From contig CBDBDR010000017.1 in the NCBI GenBank assembly GCA_965203965.1, forward strand, positions 1,312,001 through 1,376,000: 64,000 nt of DNA. Direction: 5' to 3'. Under the pieces are notes generated by a model that worked only from the letters and a program-made list of their open reading frames with translations, ran no database searches and was not told where the DNA came from. A program made the position numbers and the translations under genes. Shown in pieces: positions 28,315 through 39,587 of this stretch (position 1 is the first letter of the stretch; every line of letters begins with the position of its first letter). The DNA is from Thermodesulfobacteriota bacterium (lineage in GTDB: Bacteria; Desulfobacterota_D; UBA1144; Nemesobacterales; JAJCZQ01).

Positions 28315-30516
28315 TCATTTTTTGATCAGTTCTATCATCTTATCCGGATCATTTGTTGGAAGTTGGCACGTAAAGTTTTCACAGACGTAAGCAGTGGCTT
28401 TATTGTTAATCATTCTTTGTGGCTTGGTGAACAGTGCGATTTTTTCTATGGCGGTGGAGTTTTCCTCCCGAAGAAGCACTACCTTGTTTGGAATATAGTT
28501 TTCACGAAACTTGATGATCATGGATTTTGTGTCTTTGGAGTCCTTGTTACCTGAAATAACAATTTCATACGATTTTCCAACTGCAAAGTCCAATGCCACC
28601 ATAAACATAGTATGAGATATTGGCAAGTGGTTCAAAGATGAGGAAAACGCGGAGGCAAGATCAGTTGATAGCTTTTCATATCGTGGATCTGATGTCATCC
28701 TTGACAGTTTGAGGAGATTGTACATTGCCACGGAATTACCAGAGGGAACTGCCCCATCATATATTTCTTTTTGACGAACCAGTAATTTTTCTCCGTCAGA
28801 GGGGGTGAAATAAAATCCGAGATTATCCTTGTCCCAAAAAAGGTCTATCATCTGTTCTGTAAGCTCAATAGCTTGTTCCAGATGTTTTAGGTCAAACGTG
28901 GATTCATAAAGTTCAATCAGTCCCCAGATCAAGAAGGCGTAATCGTCAATATTTGCAAGGATACCGGACTCTCCGTTCCTATATCTGTGAAGAAGTCGGG
29001 ATTCCTTGTATAAATTCCTGTTTATAAAATCTACCGAACGCTCTGCTGCTCGCGTGTATGATTTATTGCCAAACACTCTTCCCCCTTTTGCAAGTGCAGT
29101 GATCATAAGCCCGTTCCAGTCTGTTATTACCTTGTCATCCTTAGAGGGGTGAATACGCTTTTCGCGATATTCAAACAGTTTCTGTCTTGCTTGTTCCAAT
29201 CGCTTTTCAAGATCATCCACCTTTATATTCAACTCTTTTGCGATCAGAGATAGGTCTTTGCTGAGATGAAGTATATTTGTGCCGGTTTTTTTGCCGACCA
29301 TTTCATCAAGAAAATTTCCTTCTTTTTGGATATTGTAAACTTTTAATATCAATTCCCCTTCGCTTTTGCCCAAGATATCAAGGATTTCATCTTCCTTCCA
29401 CAGATAAAACTTTCCTTCTTTTCCTTCACTATCGGCATCTTCAGCGGAATAAAATCCGCCTTCAGGCGAGGTCATTTCTCTCATCACATAACTAAAGATC
29501 CGCTCTGCTGTTAATTTGAGACCCCGTTGTTTGGTCAACTGATATGCTTCAGTGTAAGCCATTGCGAGAAGAGCTTGATCGTAAAGCATCTTTTCAAAAT
29601 GAGGCACAAGCCATTCCGTATCCGTTGAATACCTGTGAAAGCCAAAACCCACGTGGTCAAATATCCCACCCATGCTCATTTTTGTAAGAGTGTTTAATAC
29701 CATGTCCAAGGCACGTGAATTGTCTGTGCGTTGTGCATATCTAAGGAGAAATAAAAGATTATGTGGCGTTGGAAATTTAGGTCGGTTGCCAAATCCTCCG
29801 TGCTTTGGGTCATACTTGCCTGCAAGCTGTTCATAAGCACGGTTCAATGTTATCATGCCAGTCTCTTCACTTGATCGTAGCCTTGAGGGGTCTGCTGCAA
29901 CTGTTAGTGTTTCGGCAACACTGTCAGCAGATTTTAGGAGTTTTTCGCGATCATTCTTCCAAAGCTCTTTAATGCGGGGAACCAATTCCATCATACCAAG
30001 TCTTTGATACCTGCTGTTCTTAGGTATATACGTGGCAGCATAGAAAGGTTTTTTATCAGCGGTCATAAAGACATTAAGGGGCCATCCACAGTTACCTTGG
30101 GATAGTATCTGACAAACAACCATATAGATATTGTCAATGTCGGGTCTTTCTTCCCTGTCAACCTTGATTGAAATAAATGTGTCGTTCATCAAATCTGCTA
30201 CCTCTTTGTCCTCAAATGATTCATGCTCCATCACGTGGCACCAGTGGCAGGTTGAATAGCCGATGGAGAGAAGAACCGGTTTGTCTTCCTTTTTTGCTTT
30301 TTCAAATGCTTCACTTCCCCATGGATACCAGTCAACGGGATTGTCCGCGTGCTGGAGTAAGTAGGGGCTTTTTTCATTTTTGAGCCTGTTCATTTTTTTG
30401 TAATTGCCTTTTTCAGCTACAACTTCAGCAGGATAGACGTTAAAAATAATTAGTAAAAAAAATATCTTTAGCATCGTTATGGCTGAATAAACGATCGTTT
30501 TGCCTGAATATGGCAT
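28315..30516 (-). CDS. Thioredoxin-domain/alpha6-barrel protein (YyaL/SSP411, DUF255)
   Basis: [28 protein letters not shown] and [11 protein letters not shown]; true start may be ATG 30474 (signal-like). Confidence 0.92.
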   Translation of the reverse strand: MPYSGKTIVYSAITMLKIFFLLIIFNVYPAEVVAEKGNYKKMNRLKNEKSPYLLQHADNPVDWYPWGSEAFEKAKKEDKPVLLSIGYSTCHWCHVMEHESFEDKEVADLMNDTFISIKVDREERPDIDNIYMVVCQILSQGNCGWPLNVFMTADKKPFYAATYIPKNSRYQRLGMMELVPRIKELWKNDREKLLKSADSVAETLTVAADPSRLRSSEETGMITLNRAYEQLAGKYDPKHGGFGNRPKFPTPHNLLFLLRYAQRTDNSRALDMVLNTLTKMSMGGIFDHVGFGFHRYSTDTEWLVPHFEKMLYDQALLAMAYTEAYQLTKQRGLKLTAERIFSYVMREMTSPEGGFYSAEDADSEGKEGKFYLWKEDEILDILGKSEGELILKVYNIQKEGNFLDEMVGKKTGTNILHLSKDLSLIAKELNIKVDDLEKRLEQARQKLFEYREKRIHPSKDDKVITDWNGLMITALAKGGRVFGNKSYTRAAERSVDFINRNLYKESRLLHRYRNGESGILANIDDYAFLIWGLIELYESTFDLKHLEQAIELTEQMIDLFWDKDNLGFYFTPSDGEKLLVRQKEIYDGAVPSGNSVAMYNLLKLSRMTSDPRYEKLSTDLASAFSSSLNHLPISHTMFMVALDFAVGKSYEIVISGNKDSKDTKSMIIKFRENYIPNKVVLLREENSTAIEKIALFTKPQRMINNKATAYVCENFTCQLPTNDPDKMIELIKK

Positions 30517-30653
30517 TTTTACCCACTGCTCTTTTGCTTGTCTGTTATTTAGTTTACCTTAAATTCTTTTCTTACTTTTTTTGAAGTAATTTTTGTCAAC
30601 GTGGTTATATTGAAGTGCCAAGAGAACATACACCTGTTTGAAGGGTGAGTAAA

Positions 30654-31067
30654 ATGGAAAAAGATTTGATAAGTAAAGCCGGTGTCGTTGTTTACAGGAA
30701 AAAGAAGAACGGAGAGATTGAAGTTTTGCTAATAAGTGCCAGAAAGCATAAAGGTTCATGGGTGTTTCCTGTTGGAACAGTTGAGGACCATGAGACGCTA
30801 CGGGTAACTGCTACGAGGGAATGCGAGGAAGAAAGTGGTTATATTGTTGAGGTAGAGGACGAGGTCGGCATGGTTAAAATTCCGAGCGAAACCACAGTGG
30901 GTTACTACACTTTTTACAAAGCCACAGTTTTGCAGGAGACGGATAATTATGAAAAGGACAGGAAACGCAAGTGGGTTGGCTTGGATGACCTGGTGGAAAA
31001 TATAGCAGATGTTTTTCTGCCAGTAGCAAAAAGTTTTATTAAAAACCTTGAGATGAGTTCAAGTTAG
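30654..31067 (+). CDS. NUDIX hydrolase
   Basis: WVFPVGTVEDHETLRVTATRECEEESG Nudix box. Confidence 0.88.
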   Translation: MEKDLISKAGVVVYRKKKNGEIEVLLISARKHKGSWVFPVGTVEDHETLRVTATRECEEESGYIVEVEDEVGMVKIPSETTVGYYTFYKATVLQETDNYEKDRKRKWVGLDDLVENIADVFLPVAKSFIKNLEMSSS

Positions 31068-31093
31068 CAAAATTACAGATTTAGCGAGGTCTT

Positions 31094-31864
31094 ATGAAAG
31101 ATTTGTATTCTTCAATTGCACATATTTACAGGAGTCTAAGGGTTACGGACTCCGAACCAATTATCTACATCAAAGATAAACTGAAAGACTTGGACAAAAT
31201 ACAAGCGGCAGACGTAGGTGCAGGTGCGGGTAGGTATGCAAAACTCCTGTTTGAGTATTTGGGCAACGAAAGGTTATTTCTGAACTGCTTTGATACAAAT
31301 GAGTATATGTTGAAAAGTCTCAGCGACTATTTGGAAGATAATGATGTATCCAATTTTAGTTCAAGGATAGCGGCAGCAGAAGAGATGCCTTTGGGAAATA
31401 AAGAGCTTGATTGCATATTTTCCTTTAACTCTATTCATCATTTTAAGATCTATAATTTTTTTGAAGAGGCGATAAGAGTTTTAAAAGACGGTGGTAGGAT
31501 ATTCATTTACACAAGAACAAGGTCTCAGAATGAAAATAGTATATGGGGACGTTACTTTCCTCTTTTTGTGAGAAAAGAGTCCAGACTTTATGAACCTGAT
31601 GAGCTTGCTTTTAAACTGGAAAGAGCACCGGGTCTTGAACTTTTGGAAACAAAAGAATTCAACTTTAACAGAGATGATACGATCCAAAATCTTATTCAAA
31701 GAGCATCAAGCAGGCACTATTCCGCATTTTTTATGTATGAGCAGAAGGAATTTGATGCAGCCTTGAAAACTTTTGGGTCAAATCTTGTGAAAAACTACCC
31801 GGATCCAGACCACGTGAAATGGGTAGATGGGAAAATAATGTTTATAGTCAAAAAGACGGGGTAG
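31094..31864 (+). CDS. Class I SAM-dependent methyltransferase
   Basis: DVGAGAG, SIHHF and RVLKDGG. Confidence 0.85.
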   Translation: MKDLYSSIAHIYRSLRVTDSEPIIYIKDKLKDLDKIQAADVGAGAGRYAKLLFEYLGNERLFLNCFDTNEYMLKSLSDYLEDNDVSNFSSRIAAAEEMPLGNKELDCIFSFNSIHHFKIYNFFEEAIRVLKDGGRIFIYTRTRSQNENSIWGRYFPLFVRKESRLYEPDELAFKLERAPGLELLETKEFNFNRDDTIQNLIQRASSRHYSAFFMYEQKEFDAALKTFGSNLVKNYPDPDHVKWVDGKIMFIVKKTG

Positions 31865-31880
31865 GTAGAAGTTAGGCGGA

Positions 31881-32291
31881 TCAAATTAATTTTTTTATGT
31901 TTGAGGATTTGGTTATGGAAAAAATATAAGGAGGAATCTCTTTTTCAACGGCTTTGATTATCTTGTCCAATGCCTTTTCAATTATCTGTGCCATTTTCGT
32001 TCCGTTGAACTCACCTCTGGTTAGGGCAAAAACTGCGACAGCGTGCTTTTGAACCATCTGTTTTTCATTATTTCTAGTTCTGATGTGCTTATCTTTCGTA
32101 ATTACGATCCAACCTTTTCTACCTACACATTCTAACCATTCTTCATCTTTTGTCTGTGGGGCAAAATGGTCATCGTGGATTTCAACTTTCAAACCTTTAC
32201 TTTTCAAGTAGTTTGGAATGTCATATCTTCCTAATGATCTGTCAATGAAGAACGTTGTATTCTCAAGCTGCTTTTTGTAGTCCAAGTTCAA
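31881..32291 (-). CDS. PIN-like toxin (VapC45/DUF5615-like)
   Basis: FFIDRSLG, DEEWL and WIVITKD..IR; overlaps the DUF433 gene. Confidence 0.8.
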   Translation of the reverse strand: MNLDYKKQLENTTFFIDRSLGRYDIPNYLKSKGLKVEIHDDHFAPQTKDEEWLECVGRKGWIVITKDKHIRTRNNEKQMVQKHAVAVFALTRGEFNGTKMAQIIEKALDKIIKAVEKEIPPYIFSITKSSNIKKLI

Positions 32292-32943
32292 ACCTTATTG
32301 CTTCTAACACTTCGTCATCACCTACTCCGTAATCACCGGCAAGATGTTCGGGGGTTTCACCGGCTTGCAGTCGTTCGGCAATTATATCTGTAGGTATGTT
32401 TCTTTCGGCTAATACAGGTCTGCCAAAATAGATGTTCGGGTCAATAAATATAGATTTGGGCTCGTTTGGGTGTCCTGTTCTGCTGAATGGATACAACCTT
32501 ATTGGCACTCCAAGTTTATTCCTGTCTACCCTTTTTAGATACGTGTTAAGCTCTTTTAATGCGAGCTGACCGGGATTAGAGGTAACGTCTATCAATACTC
32601 CGGATTCATTTAAAAACAGCTTTATGCCATCCGTTGCAAATTCTTTTTCAATTAGTGGTGTAGGAGAATCAAATTTTTCTTTAACGTATTCTAAAGCCAA
32701 TCGCATTTTCTGCATGGAAAGGTGAAATTTTCTGGTTATGGAATGAAGCACAAAAACTTCAACTAAATTATAGAAGGACAGTAACGGTGGTTTTTTCTGG
32801 GAAATGGATATTAAAGGCTCAAAGTTTTGTTGTCCACTGCACCATGCACGGGCAGTAGAGTAAGGTAATCTCAGGTAATGAGAAACCTCTTTAATGTTAT
32901 AATTTGGTAATTTTTTTATATCATTTTTACTCATAATGTCCAC
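32263..32943 (-). CDS. DUF433 antitoxin with N-terminal HTH (VapB45-like)
   Basis: LSFYNLVE and IDPNIYFGRPV...AGETPEHLAGDYG...EAIRFE. Confidence 0.82.
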   Translation of the reverse strand: MDIMSKNDIKKLPNYNIKEVSHYLRLPYSTARAWCSGQQNFEPLISISQKKPPLLSFYNLVEVFVLHSITRKFHLSMQKMRLALEYVKEKFDSPTPLIEKEFATDGIKLFLNESGVLIDVTSNPGQLALKELNTYLKRVDRNKLGVPIRLYPFSRTGHPNEPKSIFIDPNIYFGRPVLAERNIPTDIIAERLQAGETPEHLAGDYGVGDDEVLEAIRFELGLQKAA

Positions 32944-33005
32944 TTTTAGCCATTTTCAACAAAACATACACGTTTTATCGTCGGAAAAAAAGAAGAGAGA
33001 TAACC

Positions 33006-36000
33006 TCAGATCTCAACCTCTCCATAAACCCCATCAATTTCCTTCTGAACCTCAATAGTCTTTTTAATTATGGTTGCAATTTTGCAGTAGTGTTTGATGT
33101 CGTCTAAAGATAGGCGGCGTTTCTTTCTGTCTTTTAGCCATTTGTTGCAAACCTGATAACCACCTATTTGGTATTCGTAAACTTTCGGTTCTATGCCTTC
33201 AAAGTATTGAGTTTTGTTTATGTGTATTTTGTTTTCCTTGTATGAAATTTTTTCAACCATCAAATCCCCTTCGCCTTGAAATTTGGCGATTGGATTATCC
33301 AGCTCGTTTGATCTCATCAGGTGAAGGTTTACAAGTTGTTCTCCCAGCTCTGCCATTTTGCTAAAAATTTTATGATCTTTGGCAAAGGGAATTCGTGGAA
33401 AATCTGTTTTTAGAAATTCGGCATATTTGGTGCGGTAGGTTTTGGAGTAGAGAACGGAGTAGATGTAATAAAAGATCTCTTCTGGTGATAAATCTTTTTT
33501 ATAAGTTGTGCATAGGTTTTTATAAACTTCTGATCTTATGTTTGGAGTTTTGGTTGTGTTGTTATCTAATATGGAGAATAGTGATTCTTTTTTCATATTT
33601 GTATATTGGTAAAGTGGAAAAAGTGACTCACTTCCTTTATTGTCAGAGCGGATTACCCCATCTGAGATTACTGAATTAGTGACAAAAAAGTAATTACACT
33701 CTCTGCTTGGTAACATTTGTCTTCTGGAAATTAACCCAATATTATCCATCAACATGTGTTGCATGATTTCTTTTCTTGAACGTTCTACAAGTGCATCATG
33801 GCAAAAAATCCATTGTTTATCAAAAGGTCTGTATGAGATTTCCGTTATTTTTTCTTCCCAATCTTCATCGTTTATTACTTCTTTCCGTGCTTCACTTAAT
33901 TTCCAATTAGAGTTGTCTTTCAGGTTAAAAGTCTGCATGATGATTTCGTCGGTTAAGTTCTTATTTCTGACCATCCTTATTCGTCTTTTTAAACTTTCCT
34001 TATCACTATCAATAACGAGTTTGTCCCTTGCGGTAACAATCCCCACGCTGCTAATATCAAATATTTCAGTAACGGGTATGAATTTCTCGTAATTTTCCAG
34101 TAACTCCTCATCTCTTGGAACAAACAGATAGTGTTCAGATCTTGGGTTGATAGTTTTATAGTCGGTTGTTTTTAAGTCATTACTTTCAAGCCATTTGTAT
34201 TTACTCTCTCTTAATCCCCATAATTCAGAGTGGTTTATCTTGGATTCTGTTTTTTGATCTTTTGTTTTGACAAAAAGAGCTATTGCAACCCCCTGTCTAA
34301 TATCAAAGACGTTCTCATCTTTTGAGCCATCGGGACATTTCTCTCTTTTCAAACTGTTTCCATGCAGGTCTAAAATATGTATCTCGTCAAAACTCCGCAT
34401 TAGTGACTCTCGCATTCCTCTGAAAGTAGGATTGTCCAGATAGCTGTGGTTTGTTATAAACCCCAGCACGCCTTCGCCTGCCTTGTCAATTTTCCACTGT
34501 GCAAACCTTATGAATTTCACGTAATCATCCTGAAGCCACTTTGGATTTTTCTCGTTTAAGGATTTCCCATCTACCGTGTAGTAGCTACTTTCATTTGCAG
34601 TTGCATCTTCTTCAGAACCTTTTTTCAAAAGATTGTCTATCCATTTGCTTTTATTTGCCGAATGACCTGAATAAGGCGGATTGCCAAGAACTACCAAGAT
34701 CGGTTGGTCTTTTTTCACGGTGCTTGCAAGCTGGGATTCCTTTGAAAGTGAAGAAAGACCGGGAAAGTCCGTTTGTTCAAACACTTCCATATCAAGTGTG
34801 TTTGTAAGGTATAACTTAAACCTGTCATCAGGTTGCAATTTGTATCCAAGTTCCTCAAGAAGGAATGACATTTTCAGATGTCCGACTGCGTAAGGAGCCA
34901 TCATAAGCTCAAGTGCATAAAAGTTGTTAAGAATATGCTCTTTTATAAAATTACCTTTTCCTCCATCTCCGTATTTTGATACAAATTCATCAACGGCAAC
35001 TTTTGCAGCCTCTGCAAGGAAGGTAAGAGTTCCTGCTGCGGGGTCTAATACGGTTACAGAAGGGTCGGCAAATCCTTCTTTTTTGCCGAATTTTTCCTTG
35101 AGAATAGCGTTTAGTGATCTCACTATGTATGACACCACAGGTTCGGGCGTGTAGTAAACTCCTCGCTTCTCCCGTGTTTCAGGGTCGTATTTATTAAGAA
35201 AGGTTTCGTAAAAATGTATGATCGGATCTTTTCCTCTACCATGATGGAAATAATCTTGAAGTATTTTGTTCACGTCAGTTACAGCAAGAATTTCAGAAAT
35301 ATCATCAATTATCCATTCCATCTGTTTTGGAATACTACCCATAGACACATATTGGAAAACATCTCTCAGAATGCCGATCGTTGGCGGTATAGAGTCGTAA
35401 GCGAGTTTCCTGTTAAAATCCTCTTTTGCTCGTGTCCTTGCTGCAAACAGTCCGTAGGTAATTGTTTGTGAATAGAGATCGCCAAAATCTTTTTCGGTTA
35501 GGTTTGTAACCAGATAATTTTTGAAAGCCTCGTAAAAACCGTGAATGGAATTTACTTCATTTTTTCCCAATTCCTCATTAACAACCTCGTCCCTTAAAAA
35601 TTTTGTCCTCTTGGCAAGCTCTTCGGCAAGTGCTCCTGCGTTCCTGATGTGAGGTAAGGAAAAAGAGAAGAATTTATCCAGTAGGTCAAGAAATTCTTCT
35701 TCATTTTGAATTGGGGGCTTTGTGTGCAATTTTCTCAATATTGCGTGGTGGGCAATTACTGCCTTCTCCGTAAGAATTCCATTCCTGTAAAGCCTGAATT
35801 CAAGAAAGTTTGTCAGGATCACATTTGGAAACGTTGATAAATACCTTTTTAATTGTTCAGAGGTTTCTATTTGGTCAAGGTTTGTAACGTCTGGTGATTT
35901 TGCCTCAATATATCCGATGACTTTTTGCTTCCCATCCCAAATCCTAAAATCCGGGTTGCCAGCTTCGGTCTTCTCAGGAAGTGTTGTTACATTAAAGCCT

Positions 36001-36122
36001 ATTTTGTTAATTGATCTGGCATATTGCTTCAAAAACTCCTCTAAAGTAGAGTAATAGGATTCTTCTCTGGCATCTCCCCGTGTGTAAGTTTCATAAATAC
36101 TTGAAATGTAATCTTTAAGCAT
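33006..36122 (-). CDS. Single-chain type IIG/IIL restriction-modification enzyme (nuclease + N6-adenine MTase + TRD)
   Basis: GNPDF...GYIEAK (PD-ExK), GVYYTP, LDPAAGTLTF and GNPPY; C-terminal YRPFD and FPRIPF; no helicase motifs. Confidence 0.88.
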   Translation of the reverse strand: MLKDYISSIYETYTRGDAREESYYSTLEEFLKQYARSINKIGFNVTTLPEKTEAGNPDFRIWDGKQKVIGYIEAKSPDVTNLDQIETSEQLKRYLSTFPNVILTNFLEFRLYRNGILTEKAVIAHHAILRKLHTKPPIQNEEEFLDLLDKFFSFSLPHIRNAGALAEELAKRTKFLRDEVVNEELGKNEVNSIHGFYEAFKNYLVTNLTEKDFGDLYSQTITYGLFAARTRAKEDFNRKLAYDSIPPTIGILRDVFQYVSMGSIPKQMEWIIDDISEILAVTDVNKILQDYFHHGRGKDPIIHFYETFLNKYDPETREKRGVYYTPEPVVSYIVRSLNAILKEKFGKKEGFADPSVTVLDPAAGTLTFLAEAAKVAVDEFVSKYGDGGKGNFIKEHILNNFYALELMMAPYAVGHLKMSFLLEELGYKLQPDDRFKLYLTNTLDMEVFEQTDFPGLSSLSKESQLASTVKKDQPILVVLGNPPYSGHSANKSKWIDNLLKKGSEEDATANESSYYTVDGKSLNEKNPKWLQDDYVKFIRFAQWKIDKAGEGVLGFITNHSYLDNPTFRGMRESLMRSFDEIHILDLHGNSLKREKCPDGSKDENVFDIRQGVAIALFVKTKDQKTESKINHSELWGLRESKYKWLESNDLKTTDYKTINPRSEHYLFVPRDEELLENYEKFIPVTEIFDISSVGIVTARDKLVIDSDKESLKRRIRMVRNKNLTDEIIMQTFNLKDNSNWKLSEARKEVINDEDWEEKITEISYRPFDKQWIFCHDALVERSRKEIMQHMLMDNIGLISRRQMLPSRECNYFFVTNSVISDGVIRSDNKGSESLFPLYQYTNMKKESLFSILDNNTTKTPNIRSEVYKNLCTTYKKDLSPEEIFYYIYSVLYSKTYRTKYAEFLKTDFPRIPFAKDHKIFSKMAELGEQLVNLHLMRSNELDNPIAKFQGEGDLMVEKISYKENKIHINKTQYFEGIEPKVYEYQIGGYQVCNKWLKDRKKRRLSLDDIKHYCKIATIIKKTIEVQKEIDGVYGEVEI

Positions 36123-36146
36123 GTGATCGGTTGTGTTTTATTTTAA

Positions 36147-36220
36147 TAGGCGATGGGGGATTCGAACCCCCGACCTCTGGCTCCGGAGGCCAGCGCTCTG
36201 ATCCACTGAGCTAATCGCCC
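36147..36220 (-). tRNA. tRNA-Arg(CCG), CCA not encoded
   Basis: Minus strand GGGCGATTAGCTCAGTGG...CTGGC-CT-CCG-GA-GCCAG...GGGGGTTCGAATCCCCC-ATCGCCT-A forms a cloverleaf. Confidence 0.95.
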
Positions 36221-37002
36221 GAAGTTTTTAATTGTAGTTCCTTCATTACCAGTTTCATATCTTCCCATACGGGCTTTTTGAAATTAGGATTTCTCAGGAT
36301 CGCCGCAGGATGATATGTTATCATCAACTTGGAATTGCCGTATTCATGGAACTGTCCCCTCATATCTGACATGCGGAGATTTTTTATCTTGAGCAACAGG
36401 CTCGTTGCAACACTTCCAAGACACACCACTATCTCCGGATCTATAGACCTGATCTGTTTCAGTAAAAATGGTTCACATGCTGCCACTTCATCAGCTTCGG
36501 GATTTCTGTTGTCGGGAGGTCTGCACTTTACAACGTTGCATATATACACGTCCTTCCTGCTTAAACCCATTGCCTCAATAATTTTGGTCAGTAGTTTGCC
36601 TGCTCTTCCGACAAATGGCTTACCCTGAATATCTTCATCCCTGCCAGGACCCTCTCCTACAAATACAAGTCTCGCATTCGGATTGCCGTCCCCAAATACA
36701 ATATTATTTCTGCCTTCGTGGAGTTTGCATCTTGTGCATTCACCGAGTTCGTTTTCTATTTCCTCAAGTGTTTGCTTTGTTCTTGATTCAAAAATGTCCG
36801 GCTGGTCTACAATTTTTATCGTTCTTTTATTCTCCATTGCTTTGATTTCCTCTTGGGGAAAATGATTGACTTGTTCAAGCGGTTTTTTTGTTGGTTTGTC
36901 AATTAACACTCTTCCAGTCCCTATCTGTTTCTGATAGTTTAAATATGCCCTGAAATATTTGAGAATATTAAGTAACTCACGTTCGTGGTTCATGGTATTC
37001 AC
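36211..37002 (-). CDS. Family 4 uracil-DNA glycosylase
   Basis: CTRCKL, GEGPG, KCRPP.NR.P and TYHPA. Confidence 0.92.
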   Translation of the reverse strand: MNTMNHERELLNILKYFRAYLNYQKQIGTGRVLIDKPTKKPLEQVNHFPQEEIKAMENKRTIKIVDQPDIFESRTKQTLEEIENELGECTRCKLHEGRNNIVFGDGNPNARLVFVGEGPGRDEDIQGKPFVGRAGKLLTKIIEAMGLSRKDVYICNVVKCRPPDNRNPEADEVAACEPFLLKQIRSIDPEIVVCLGSVATSLLLKIKNLRMSDMRGQFHEYGNSKLMITYHPAAILRNPNFKKPVWEDMKLVMKELQLKTSGD

Positions 37003-37100
37003 GGCGATTTGTTTGCAACTGGATTGGCTTTATTTAAAATAGTTGTTCCAGTTCAATTTAATTATCTGTTTTTGATTTGCTCCTCCATAAAATACCACAG

Positions 37101-39563
37101 ATGAAAAAAGATTATAACCCTCAGGAAATAGAGCAAAAATGGCAAGAGGAGTGGGAAAGCAGTGAAGTATTCCGTGCACGGGAGCTTAACGGTGGAGAAA
37201 AATATTACGTTCTTGAAATGTTTCCCTATCCCTCAGGCAGGATACACATGGGGCACGTGCGGAATTACACAATAGGGGATGTTATTGCACGGTATAAAAG
37301 GGCACAGGGATATAATGTTCTTCACCCAATAGGGTGGGATGCTTTTGGATTACCTGCTGAAAATGCTGCGATCCAGAATCGGGTGCATCCTTCCAAATGG
37401 ACCTATGAAAATATCTCCCAGATGAGAAAGCAGCTCAAAAGGCTTGGATTCAGCTACGATTGGTCAAGAGAGTTTGCAACCTGCGACCCTGATTATTACA
37501 AGTGGGAGCAGTGGTTGTTTACAAGACTTTACAAAGAGGGGTTGGTCTATAAAAAAACTTCTTACGTAAATTGGGACCCTGTTGACCAGACTGTGCTTGC
37601 CAATGAGCAGGTTATAGATGGAAGAGGTTGGAGATCGGGAGCCATTGTAGAAAGAAAGGAAATTCCGCAGTGGTTTTTAAAGATCACAAACTATGCCAAT
37701 GAGTTGCTGGAAGGACTTGAAAAACTCCCGGGATGGCCTGAAGCCGTAAAGACAATGCAATCAAATTGGATAGGCAGGTCAGTGGGAGTTGAAGTGGCAT
37801 TCAGTATAAAAGGTATGGATCACGAATTGGCAATATATACCACGCGTCCCGATACTATAATGGGTGTTACTTATCTCGCAGTTGCGCCGGAGCATCCTCT
37901 TGCAAAAATGGTTGCGCAGAGCAATGAAGAAGTATCAGCATTCATTAATGATTGCGTAAAATCCACTGTTTCCGAAGCTAATACGGAGATCTTAGAAAAA
38001 AAAGGACTGCCTCTTGATATTATAGCAATTCATCCCGTGAGCGGGGAAGATATCCCTGTTTACGTTGCCAATTTTGTATTGATGAGCTACGGCACGGGCA
38101 CGGTGATGTCAGTTCCAGCGCATGACCAGAGGGACTGGGAGTTTGCAAAAAAATATGGACTTGGCATGAAGCAGGTTATTTTTCCAAAAGACGGCAGTGA
38201 GATCAGTATTGAAGAAGGGGCTTATATTGAAAAAGGTATATTGAAAAACTCGGGTCAGTTTGATGGACAGACCTCCGTGCAGGCATTTGAGTCAATAGCA
38301 GAATATTTTGAGAAAGAAGGTAAGGGGAAAAAGAGATTGAACTATAGGCTCAGAGATTGGGGAATTTCCAGACAGAGGTATTGGGGTGCACCGATACCGA
38401 TCATCTATTGTGATAAATGTGGAGAGGTGCCGGTGCCGGATGATCAGTTGCCCGTTGAGTTGCCCATGGATATTGATACAAGCGATTCTGAAATTCCATC
38501 GCTGTCAAAAATTGAGAATTTTAAGAAAACCAAATGTCCAAAATGCAAAAGTAGTGCTGAAAGAGAGACCGATACTATGGATACGTTTGTTGAGTCTTCA
38601 TGGTATTTTCTACGTTACGCTTCCCCAGATTACACGGAAGGTATGTTTGACAGTTCCAAAGTTGATTACTGGCTTCCGGTTGACCATTACATTGGTGGGA
38701 TAGAGCATGCAATACTGCACCTGCTTTACTCGCGATTTTTCACCAGAGCTACAAGGGATATTGGTTTGCTCAGCCTAGATGAGCCATTTGAAAATCTTCT
38801 GACACAGGGAATGGTGATTAAAGACGGTGCTAAGATGTCCAAATCGCTCGGCAACGTTGTTGATCCGGATGATATGATAAAAAAATATGGTGCTGATACG
38901 GTGAGGATCTTTATGCTTTTTGCAGCTCCCGTGAGCAGGGAACTTGAGTGGAGTGACGAGGGAATTGAAGGAGGTTTTAGATTTCTGGGAAGAATCTGGA
39001 GATTGATACGGGATAAGATGGAAGAAACTGTGACAATCTCAGGTGAGGCTGATCATCAAGGTGAGTTATCCAGAGAGTCAAAATTGATCTTAACTAAAAC
39101 CCACCAAACAATAAAAAAAGTAACGCGAGACTTTGACAGGTTTCAGTTTAATACTGCGATTGCAGCTATGATGGAGCTTGTAAACGAGCTTTACAAAACG
39201 GAGTTGAATGATGACGTTAGCAAAGAGACTTTCAGGTTTTCAGTTGACTCATTGATAAGGCTTTTGTATCCAATAGCGCCTCATATTGCAGAGGAATTGT
39301 GGCAGTTAACGGGGCATAAGAAAAGCCTTTTTGACACCAAGTGGTTAAGTTGGGATGAAGCACTGACACAGTCTGATAAAATCAGCATGGTAGTTCAAGT
39401 AAATGGGAAGGTCCGAAGCCAAGTCCAAATGGACCCAGGGTCCGGCAGAGAGCAGATGGAGCAAGCTGCACTGAATGATGATAAGGTGTTGAACTATATA
39501 GAAGGCAGGAAAATTCGCAAAATAGTAGTTGTTCCTAAGAAGCTTGTTAATATTGTTGTCTGA
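37101..39563 (+). CDS. leuS: Leucine--tRNA ligase
   Basis: [19 protein letters not shown] editing domain and KMSKS. Confidence 0.98.
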   Translation: MKKDYNPQEIEQKWQEEWESSEVFRARELNGGEKYYVLEMFPYPSGRIHMGHVRNYTIGDVIARYKRAQGYNVLHPIGWDAFGLPAENAAIQNRVHPSKWTYENISQMRKQLKRLGFSYDWSREFATCDPDYYKWEQWLFTRLYKEGLVYKKTSYVNWDPVDQTVLANEQVIDGRGWRSGAIVERKEIPQWFLKITNYANELLEGLEKLPGWPEAVKTMQSNWIGRSVGVEVAFSIKGMDHELAIYTTRPDTIMGVTYLAVAPEHPLAKMVAQSNEEVSAFINDCVKSTVSEANTEILEKKGLPLDIIAIHPVSGEDIPVYVANFVLMSYGTGTVMSVPAHDQRDWEFAKKYGLGMKQVIFPKDGSEISIEEGAYIEKGILKNSGQFDGQTSVQAFESIAEYFEKEGKGKKRLNYRLRDWGISRQRYWGAPIPIIYCDKCGEVPVPDDQLPVELPMDIDTSDSEIPSLSKIENFKKTKCPKCKSSAERETDTMDTFVESSWYFLRYASPDYTEGMFDSSKVDYWLPVDHYIGGIEHAILHLLYSRFFTRATRDIGLLSLDEPFENLLTQGMVIKDGAKMSKSLGNVVDPDDMIKKYGADTVRIFMLFAAPVSRELEWSDEGIEGGFRFLGRIWRLIRDKMEETVTISGEADHQGELSRESKLILTKTHQTIKKVTRDFDRFQFNTAIAAMMELVNELYKTELNDDVSKETFRFSVDSLIRLLYPIAPHIAEELWQLTGHKKSLFDTKWLSWDEALTQSDKISMVVQVNGKVRSQVQMDPGSGREQMEQAALNDDKVLNYIEGRKIRKIVVVPKKLVNIVV

Positions 39564-39587
39564 AATTCTTAAATTCAAGAGTGGTAA

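Noticed and set aside
31865..31880. attL/attR copy of the tRNA-Arg 3' end at the far side of the RM/TA islet
   Set aside because: Only a 6-bp match (taggcg), which is not significant
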